Source of the DNA: a virus
IMG/VR virus record: IMGVR_UViG_3300023223_000630
Coordinates: 1-64,000 of that record
Length of the DNA: 64,000 nt
Strand: one strand, 5' to 3'
Shown: positions 28,856-36,066 of the stretch, one piece after another
Numbering within the stretch: position 1 is the stretch's first letter
How the letters are laid out: each line of letters begins with the position of its first letter
The notes under the pieces: generated by a model
The model's input: the letters and a program-made list of their open reading frames with translations, nothing else
What the model was told of the DNA's origin: nothing
Databases searched by the model: none
Position numbers and translations under genes: made by a program

Positions 28856-29671
28856 ATGGCAAAAAGTTCTAAAAGCGTATTAGCCATCTCCGATCTCCAC
28901 TGTGGTTCTAGTACTGCAATATGTACACCTGATCCTGAAATATCTGATCTTGATACAACATACAAACCAAACAAACTACAAAAGGAATTATATTCTGTAT
29001 GGAATGAATGCATAGATGAACTACATCAAAAGCCGGAAGTGTTGGTACTTAATGGTGAACCAATAGACGGAGGCAATTTTAAAGGATTAGGAAAACAATC
29101 ATGGAGTACAAATTTGGAAGATCAAATGAAAGATGCTGAAAAACTAATTAAAAAAATACCACATAAAAACCTGTTATTAACAAGAGGTTCAGGATATCAT
29201 GTTGATTTGCAAGGTACAAACTTTGAGGAAATATTTGCAGAAAAAATGAAAGCACAAAAATATAGAGCATTTGGTGGTTCTGGAAATACTGATTATTACG
29301 CATTATTTGAAATGAATGGAAAGCATTTTAACTTCAGTCACCACGTCGGATTTAATAAATGGGCATCATACAGAACCACAGCATTAGCTAGAGAAATGGC
29401 GGGAATGGTATTTGAGAAAGACAAGGTTGGAAGGGCAGATGTTATAGTAAGATCACATGTTCATTACTTTGTTCATGTAGAGTTTGTTCATACACATGGT
29501 ATTATCACTCCCGCATGGAAGTATCCGGATGGTCATTTGTTTAGAGGTGGGGTTGCAGGAACTACACCTGATATTGGAATGGTTGAGATAATAGTAGAGT
29601 CAAACGGGGAAATTCTAGTAAAGAAACATATTGCAGAAATGAACATAAAGCCGATGGTAAAGCACTACTAA
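28856..29671 (+). CDS. calcineurin-like metallophosphoesterase (Mre11/SbcD-type fold)
   Basis: LAISDLHCGS, VLNGEPIDG, LLTRGSGYH, FSHHVG, IVRSHVHYF match the ordered phosphoesterase motifs. Confidence 0.7.
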   Translation: MAKSSKSVLAISDLHCGSSTAICTPDPEISDLDTTYKPNKLQKELYSVWNECIDELHQKPEVLVLNGEPIDGGNFKGLGKQSWSTNLEDQMKDAEKLIKKIPHKNLLLTRGSGYHVDLQGTNFEEIFAEKMKAQKYRAFGGSGNTDYYALFEMNGKHFNFSHHVGFNKWASYRTTALAREMAGMVFEKDKVGRADVIVRSHVHYFVHVEFVHTHGIITPAWKYPDGHLFRGGVAGTTPDIGMVEIIVESNGEILVKKHIAEMNIKPMVKHY

Positions 29672-29910
29672 TGAAAAAAAGAACTATATCCATACTTGAT
29701 CTTCCGGAAGTTACAAAGGTAATATCAACAATAGAAAAAATCAGAATATCATTAAAAAAAGGAAAAAAATCACATGTACAACTAATCAATGATACGGGGT
29801 GTGGAACTGGAAATATAACAAACAATACAAGAACAATGCTACGTAACAATCAAATTAAAAAAGTAACATGTAAATGCTGTAATATAACGGAACTGTATGA
29901 ATTAATATGA
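29671..29910 (+). CDS. hypothetical protein (79 aa)
   Basis: Start and stop both overlap neighbouring genes. Confidence 0.4.
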   Translation: MKKRTISILDLPEVTKVISTIEKIRISLKKGKKSHVQLINDTGCGTGNITNNTRTMLRNNQIKKVTCKCCNITELYELI

Positions 29911-30368
29911 TGATACCACTACATCAACGCAAGAGATCAGAGGCTAGTTTATCTGATGAATATGAAACCCCGGATGACATGTTTGAACAATTATGTAATG
30001 AATATGGAATACACCCACAGATGGATGTTGCTGCTACAAGTAAAAATTTAAAATGCCAATTTCATCTTTCTAAATTTTATGATGCCTTAGAATCAGAATG
30101 GGAATATGATTCTTGGTGTAATCCCCCACATTCCAAAACTAAACAGTTTGTAGAAAAAGCATATGAACAATGGAAGAAACATAATATCGATATATTAATG
30201 ATAATCCCGGCAAATTCATTATGTACTAATTACGCTTTTGATTATATATTAAAAAAAGGAGTTGAATTTCATCCCATATTAGGTAGACCAATATTTTTAG
30301 TAGATGGTGTACCAAGTAAATTTAATTCAAGAAATGGATATTTTGTGGTGATATGGCGAAAAATATAA
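29907..30368 (+). CDS. phage-type DNA N6-adenine methyltransferase (Dam family)
   Basis: DEYETPDDMFEQL, MDVAATSKNLKC, WCNPPHS, ILMIIPANSLCT, GRPIFL. Confidence 0.8.
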   Translation: MMIPLHQRKRSEASLSDEYETPDDMFEQLCNEYGIHPQMDVAATSKNLKCQFHLSKFYDALESEWEYDSWCNPPHSKTKQFVEKAYEQWKKHNIDILMIIPANSLCTNYAFDYILKKGVEFHPILGRPIFLVDGVPSKFNSRNGYFVVIWRKI

Positions 30369-30393
30369 ATAAATATTTCATAATGTATGAATC

Positions 30394-30927
30394 ATGGCAA
30401 TTATATTTGAAACTAGTAACATAAATGAAAAGGTTTACACAAAATTAATCAAAAGACAACTATATATTAATTTAGGATTTAAAGAAGCAAGAAAACTATT
30501 CAATACCTGGAATATTGTAATATATCCATTAGAGGCTGCAGAGCATTACAAAGAATTCTTTGCACATGTAGAAGGTGAGACAAATCTTGGAATAGCATGG
30601 GGTGTAACAATGCCAAAACCAGGTAGTATAGGAGGAGATTTATTTTGTTTCATAAGGGATACAAAGAACCCATTCATTCTAAGAAGTAACATGACCAAAG
30701 TAAGTCATGAATTAGCACACATGATACTATACAAGAAACTTGGAAAAACAAGAGCTGTAAGAGAGTTTGACGAGCCGGGAGCCAAAGCAGGAAGTGAGGC
30801 AGCAGCATACGTTACACTAGTACATGATCAGTTCTATGGAAGAAAGAAATTTAGAATATATTGGGTAAGATATGGTTTAATATGGTTGCCGGTAAGAATA
30901 TTGGATATTTATAGTATTCTTCACTAA
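30394..30927 (+). CDS. HExxH-motif protein (possible metallopeptidase)
   Basis: VSHELAHMILY is the only recognisable motif. Confidence 0.4.
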   Translation: MAIIFETSNINEKVYTKLIKRQLYINLGFKEARKLFNTWNIVIYPLEAAEHYKEFFAHVEGETNLGIAWGVTMPKPGSIGGDLFCFIRDTKNPFILRSNMTKVSHELAHMILYKKLGKTRAVREFDEPGAKAGSEAAAYVTLVHDQFYGRKKFRIYWVRYGLIWLPVRILDIYSILH

Positions 30928-31317
30928 ACTTATTAAATGTATAATACAATGTAACAAGTGCTAGTTTTAGAGAAACAAAAGTATAATCCATTTCTGGTAT
31001 GGATGGCCCGTGCAGAAGTATATTTCCACAAAATAGAGGATCCCGGACACTGTAAAGAGTTTAATTTTATGAGAAGGGAATTACACATGCTAAAGCCTTA
31101 TATTTTACATAAAAAACCTAATAGCATTGACTAAAAAGAAAAAACGGGGTGGTAATGGTACTAAACCTGTAAAAATGAGTATGAAAGAAGTTGTGAATGC
31201 TCTCATTACTAAAAAAGACGGATCAAAGAGATTATACAGAAAACTATCAATATGGGAAACTATACTATCATTATTCACTAGAAAAAAATTTATAAGTAAA
31301 TAAAATTATCCATTTAT

Positions 31318-32382
31318 ATGTTTGTATCTGAAGAATTTGGATCACCCCAAGATAAAATAAACTCTAAAAATCCTAAATATAACGTAATGGCAGTAAGGAC
31401 TCGTTACACTAATGGAATAAAAGAGATTAGAAAATTTATGGCTAAAAACATAGTTACTGTACAGGGGAATGAATTTTATGCTCAACTAGGAGCACGGGAA
31501 ACTCCACTTCCAGATGACTTTGATGATGGAAATTCACGAATGATTCTTCAAAACCCATCTGGACAGGATACACCAGCAAATACAGATAACTTGTCAAATG
31601 TATCAGACCAATTACCTTTAACAACTAAAATTATAGAACCCAATTTCCCAGTAACAGATAACGAGGATACAAATAATCCACAATCTTCTCCTGATACTTC
31701 TATTACTAGAAAATATGTATGGGGAACAGTAGATTTTAATACAGAAGGACAGATTGAATCATTTGGTACTATTACTCCGGGAACAAACTATGCTGAACTT
31801 ATTGCAACTCCTAGTGATGCAGGAGATAATAATGCTATATTAGTAGCAACGACCACAGGAGGAATTATTACAAGAGTGGATATTATTAATCCCGGACTTG
31901 ATTATATTGCTGGAGATGTAGATATTGGTGGTGCAGATGTAGGATCAGGTGATGATATAACATATACTGTGGATAGTTTCGGAAGAATTGATGGTATTGT
32001 AATAACATCCGGAGGAACATTAAATGATTCTCCAGTAGTTACCGTACCGGCAGGTGGGGGAGCTACTACAATAGCCACAGCAGTAGCAACAGCAAATTCT
32101 AGTGGTTTCATTACCGCAGTATTTATAATAACTGGAGGAGTTGGTTATGCATCTGATCCGACAATCACAATAGTAAATGATGTATCGGGTGGTGCAGATG
32201 GAACAGCATTAGCAAACCTATCATCCACAGAGGATATTACAGGTGGAGCAATTCATGCAAAAGGATCCTTCCCAGCCACAAACGCACCATTATTAACACA
32301 CTTTAACTTTACAAGTTCATTTGAAAAACTATCAACTGATGAATTAACAGTGTTCATAAATCATCAATTTTTGGGAGTGTAG
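31318..32382 (+). CDS. virion protein with three GxGY modules
   Basis: GGIITRVDIINPGLDYIAGDVDIGG, IDGIVITSGGTLNDSPVVTVPAGGG, GFITAVFIITGGVGYASDPTITIVND. Confidence 0.55.
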   Translation: MFVSEEFGSPQDKINSKNPKYNVMAVRTRYTNGIKEIRKFMAKNIVTVQGNEFYAQLGARETPLPDDFDDGNSRMILQNPSGQDTPANTDNLSNVSDQLPLTTKIIEPNFPVTDNEDTNNPQSSPDTSITRKYVWGTVDFNTEGQIESFGTITPGTNYAELIATPSDAGDNNAILVATTTGGIITRVDIINPGLDYIAGDVDIGGADVGSGDDITYTVDSFGRIDGIVITSGGTLNDSPVVTVPAGGGATTIATAVATANSSGFITAVFIITGGVGYASDPTITIVNDVSGGADGTALANLSSTEDITGGAIHAKGSFPATNAPLLTHFNFTSSFEKLSTDELTVFINHQFLGV

Positions 32383-32384
32383 TA

Positions 32385-32732
32385 ATGCCCGATTTGGGAA
32401 ATTCAAGAACACAGTTCTTTACTCAAACAAAATCTCATTCAAATACTACGAGTGATCAAGTTCTAATATCATTTTCCAGTTTAAAAAATCTAGTAACCCT
32501 TCATATGGATATGACACTTTTTACAGGAAATGTAATAGTTAAAGTATTTGAAGATACAACTGATTTGCTAAGTACTAAAATATTTCCTACTGACTACGAT
32601 ACAGGTGTTGAAATAATAGTTGTGGTTTTAGATGGTTCGGGGCAGGATATGAATGTTACACTTAATACTCCAACTGAGGAAGGTACATCAAGAAATGTAG
32701 TTATAACATCAAGGGAGGAAACAAGAAACTAA
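32385..32732 (+). CDS. hypothetical structural-block protein (115 aa)
   Basis: Tightly packed after 31318-32382. Confidence 0.45.
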   Translation: MPDLGNSRTQFFTQTKSHSNTTSDQVLISFSSLKNLVTLHMDMTLFTGNVIVKVFEDTTDLLSTKIFPTDYDTGVEIIVVVLDGSGQDMNVTLNTPTEEGTSRNVVITSREETRN

Positions 32733-33053
32733 ATGGCTCTAATTGAAACTGATGGAAGTTTAGTAGGACTAGCTAGTATAAGTGAGACATTCTTGTTTGC
32801 AGCACAGACCCTACTAAGATACTATGCTACAAAAATTGATCTTACCAATATGATATCAACTAGTGTTATTACCATAAGAATATATGATAATATAAATGCT
32901 ACAGAAAGAATATACGATACACAAGTATTTCAAGGAGTACAGGACATACCAGAAGTGTTTATACCTTTTCTTCCCTCATCTAACTATAGGGTTTCAGTTC
33001 AGAGTGTAAATACAAACTCTATAACTATACCTTGGTCAAGGTATACCACTTGA
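32733..33053 (+). CDS. hypothetical structural-block protein (106 aa)
   Basis: Start abuts the previous stop. Confidence 0.45.
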   Translation: MALIETDGSLVGLASISETFLFAAQTLLRYYATKIDLTNMISTSVITIRIYDNINATERIYDTQVFQGVQDIPEVFIPFLPSSNYRVSVQSVNTNSITIPWSRYTT

Positions 33054-33673
33054 CCACCACCATCCCCCCTACATTAGCTCATACACATGATGTTTCACAC
33101 ATTCCGGGATTTATATTTCAACCAGTTGTAGAAACTGTAAATATTCCAGAGAATCAAGCTAAATCATTTATGTTTACCCGACTAGTCAATGAGATAATAA
33201 ATATCCCCGAAAGCATTAGGAATATAAATTTATTTACAATTGCATTTTCTGAAACAATACATATAGACGATATGCCAATGGGTGCTAGATTAATAAGGGT
33301 GTCAGTAAATGAATTGGTAAATATCGCAGAAAAAATAACCAAAGTATCTGATTTGATACGCAGAATAAACGAGCTTGTAGATATATCAGAATCACTTTCA
33401 AAAGTAGCTAACTTGACACGAAGAATTAATGAATTTGTGTCTATGATAGAGTCATCTGCAAAATCAAGAGTTCGTACATTTGTTACAAATGAAATAATAA
33501 GTATAGTAGAAAAGATAACAATGGCAGCCATACTGGTAAGGAGTGTAACTGAAATTGTTAGTATCGGGGAATCACTCTCTCAGAGAATCCGGGGCATATT
33601 ATTAGTAGTAAAGAAAAGACTATTACTAAATGTACGTAAAATAGAGTTAAAACTAAAAGGTAGTCCAGAGTAA
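33032..33673 (+). CDS. tandem-repeat protein (8 x 20 aa)
   Basis: TTG start; repeats R.vNE.v.I.ES..K...l. in exact 20-aa register. Confidence 0.5.
   Translation: MVKVYHLTTTIPPTLAHTHDVSHIPGFIFQPVVETVNIPENQAKSFMFTRLVNEIINIPESIRNINLFTIAFSETIHIDDMPMGARLIRVSVNELVNIAEKITKVSDLIRRINELVDISESLSKVANLTRRINEFVSMIESSAKSRVRTFVTNEIISIVEKITMAAILVRSVTEIVSIGESLSQRIRGILLVVKKRLLLNVRKIELKLKGSPE
33119..33598 (+). repeat. eight in-frame 60-nt tandem repeats (coding)
   Basis: QPVVETVNIPENQAKSFMFT / RLVNEIINIPESIRNINLFT / IAFSETIHIDDMPMGARLIR / VSVNELVNIAEKITKVSDLI / RRINELVDISESLSKVANLT / RRINEFVSMIESSAKSRVRT / FVTNEIISIVEKITMAAILV / RSVTEIVSIGESLSQRIRGI. Confidence 0.7.
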
Positions 33674-33682
33674 TATACCATA

Positions 33683-34045
33683 ATGTCCACTACAAGAACA
33701 AACTTTGAGGGAAGGCTTTTGGAGATATATGAGGGTGGTTCAAAAACATTTGAGTTTACAATAATAGATTCAGAAACCGGGGAAGCTCAAGATATGACAG
33801 ATGATATAATATTTAATTCCGGAACCGTTACAATACTAAAGCCAAGCGGGGATTCAATAGGGAGTACCAGTATTAGTTTTACTAACAGAAGTAATGGAAA
33901 AGTTGACTTTATCATAGAGCCTCCAATATCTGATACTGAAAATGTAGGAAACTGGATAGGTCATTTGGCCATACTCAATGAAGTTGAACAAGTAATAGAG
34001 CAGCAGAATTTCAACTTTAATATATTGCAAAAAAGAGCTAAATGA
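33683..34045 (+). CDS. hypothetical structural-block protein (120 aa)
   Basis: Beta-rich composition; possibly Ig-like. Confidence 0.45.
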   Translation: MSTTRTNFEGRLLEIYEGGSKTFEFTIIDSETGEAQDMTDDIIFNSGTVTILKPSGDSIGSTSISFTNRSNGKVDFIIEPPISDTENVGNWIGHLAILNEVEQVIEQQNFNFNILQKRAK

Positions 34046-34088
34046 TAACTAGTATAAAAACTAAATATCATAACATACACGATACATT

Positions 34089-34580
34089 ATGAGTGTAGCA
34101 CCAAATTCCAAATCTAAACTATCCGGAACTGATACACATGCTTTGGGTGGTACTTTAACTACAACTGTGGGTACTACAGTAGGAAACGTAGGTGACCAAA
34201 TAGGCACAATATCAACTGGTGACAGTTTGGATCATTTAATTGGAACAATGGTAGTAACAACTACTGAAGCAGTAAATTTAGTAATTCTTAGATTTTCAAT
34301 TCGTGCCACAAATGACTCTAATATAGAAATACGAGAAGGTACTACTGAAATAGCAACTGTTGACGGATCAGGAACAGGAACTAGAACTATTAATATTGTT
34401 TTAGAAGATGTTAGTGTAGGATCCCACACATATAATTGTTCTACAATCTTTGATACTCAATTTTATCAATATTGGATTAGTGGTTCTGTACTTTATGGAG
34501 CTCCTGTTAATATTGATGATACACATGATCTTGCTGGTTCAAATACACAGAGTTCCCATGAAGATCATATTCTGCCATGA
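34089..34580 (+). CDS. hypothetical structural-block protein (163 aa)
   Basis: Thr/Gly/Ser-rich. Confidence 0.45.
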   Translation: MSVAPNSKSKLSGTDTHALGGTLTTTVGTTVGNVGDQIGTISTGDSLDHLIGTMVVTTTEAVNLVILRFSIRATNDSNIEIREGTTEIATVDGSGTGTRTINIVLEDVSVGSHTYNCSTIFDTQFYQYWISGSVLYGAPVNIDDTHDLAGSNTQSSHEDHILP

Positions 34581-34624
34581 TAGTAACAAACAGTTATATT
34601 GTTATGATATAATATTATATTATT

Positions 34625-34777
34625 AATGTACAATCCCGGAAACTTTTCAATGTTTTTAGAATGGCAAAAAAATACATTATACAATATAAAACAATTACAA
34701 AAAGATGGCAAGGACATTCCAAACAAACAAATTAAAAAAATAATGTTAAAAGGTTATACCAGGATGATGACTCTTGA
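34625..34777 (+). CDS. hypothetical mini-protein (50 aa)
   Basis: Hand-translated MYNPGNFSMFLEWQKNTLYNIKQLQKDGKDIPNKQIKK...; the frame depends on an A8 run at ~34733-34740. Confidence 0.3.
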
Positions 34778-35088
34778 GTGAAAAATCTACAAGAGATCAT
34801 ATTCACATCAATGATACAAAGTTCAGGTTTCAAAGTTCACCTTATGCTCCCATACCAGTAGAGAAAGGAGGTTCGGGGAAGTCAAGGTTTGCAGTTGAGG
34901 ATATGGTGTATATTACAGGATTAGGATGGGATGTTGTAGATGTGTATAATTCCGGGAACGAGTTTGCAATTGCATTTTACAAGTATATTGAATTTAAAGA
35001 GTTCATGGGTTATGAACATATTGGATTAACAAGTAAACAAATAAAAGAGAGATTAAACAATGTATGGAAGGATAATAAAATTGAGTAA
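34774..35088 (+). CDS. hypothetical protein (104 aa)
   Basis: TTG start overlapping the previous stop. Confidence 0.45.
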   Translation: MSEKSTRDHIHINDTKFRFQSSPYAPIPVEKGGSGKSRFAVEDMVYITGLGWDVVDVYNSGNEFAIAFYKYIEFKEFMGYEHIGLTSKQIKERLNNVWKDNKIE

Positions 35089-35260
35089 TATAACAATAAT
35101 ACATGATGATCCGTTGGGTGAAATATATTGTAAAATAATGTTTAAAGATTATATGAGTGAATATGATAAGAATAGTTTAAAAAGTGATTGGGAAAAGTTC
35201 AAAAAACAAGTTGATAAAAATATAAACCTTATAAAAATTCCGGGAGATAAAGATGATTAA
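35060..35260 (+). CDS. hypothetical protein (66 aa)
   Basis: Overlaps the previous gene end. Confidence 0.4.
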   Translation: MYGRIIKLSNITIIHDDPLGEIYCKIMFKDYMSEYDKNSLKSDWEKFKKQVDKNINLIKIPGDKDD

Positions 35261-35354
35261 AGACATACCAGGATGGAAAGAGGTGGATCATTTATTACAA
35301 GTGAAGAATATTGGAGATCAATGGATAGAATTAAAATTCTGGAAAAGATGTTAG
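35253..35354 (+). CDS. hypothetical mini-protein (33 aa)
   Basis: MIKDIPGWKEVDHLLQVKNIGDQWIELKFWKRC; fills the gap. The antisense track ORF 35257-35496 looks spurious. Confidence 0.3.
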   Translation: MIKDIPGWKEVDHLLQVKNIGDQWIELKFWKRC

Positions 35355-35358
35355 AGGA

Positions 35359-35781
35359 ATGAGAAAACATAATCAGGCAAAAAGAAAGTATAGTTACAAA
35401 AATGATGAGATTGATTTGGTAGATATATGTCAATTCATTAGAGATACATTCCCACAATACAAAGTAAAAAGAGAATGGTACATTTTCTGGGGTCATGACA
35501 ATAAAGCTAAAAGTGTATCGTTACGTGTACCAATAGACAACATTTACAGGTATAGGCATCCGGATATTATGATGTTTGAGGATAAGAAATTAATCCTAGC
35601 TTATGAAATTGATGGTGCATATCACAATATAGATGTTGAAGGTACTTTATTGAGAAACCAGGAATATCGGGCAGCCGGAGTACCGTTATTGATATCAAAC
35701 ACTGAGGATAACAAAATTAAAAAGGTTGATATATACGATGATATATACAAAAAGATTAATGACTTTCTTAGTGGTGAGTAA
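35359..35781 (+). CDS. restriction-endonuclease-fold protein (DUF559/Vsr-like)
   Basis: YRHPDIMMFEDKKLILAYEIDGAYH...LLRNQEYRAAGVPLL matches the PD..(E)xDG.H...R pattern of Vsr/DUF559 nucleases. Confidence 0.5.
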   Translation: MRKHNQAKRKYSYKNDEIDLVDICQFIRDTFPQYKVKREWYIFWGHDNKAKSVSLRVPIDNIYRYRHPDIMMFEDKKLILAYEIDGAYHNIDVEGTLLRNQEYRAAGVPLLISNTEDNKIKKVDIYDDIYKKINDFLSGE

Positions 35782-36066
35782 ATGACAAAATTTCTAACAC
35801 ATGTGTCAAAGAAACATGTTACCATTTATAATGAATTATTAGTTACAGTAGCAGGATCAAAACTTGACAAGACAAAAATAATATTTCAGGCCATAAAGGA
35901 ATTTATAGACAGACAAAAAAATGATGAACCACTCATTGTAAACAAAATACACTGGGAAAAATGTTTTGATAACTTGGAAGGCATAAAAGATTTCCAATCA
36001 TTACAACAAGAAATAAATAACCTACAGTTGTATAAGGATAAAGTTGAACGAATCAGATTTAAATAA
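35782..36066 (+). CDS. hypothetical protein (94 aa)
   Basis: Start abuts the previous stop; helical. Confidence 0.45.
   Translation: MTKFLTHVSKKHVTIYNELLVTVAGSKLDKTKIIFQAIKEFIDRQKNDEPLIVNKIHWEKCFDNLEGIKDFQSLQQEINNLQLYKDKVERIRFK

Noticed and set aside
33154-33531. 125-aa minus-strand ORF
   Set aside because: It is an artefact of the 60-nt tandem repeats, since its own translation is repetitive in mirror register. The plus-strand frame fits the operon.
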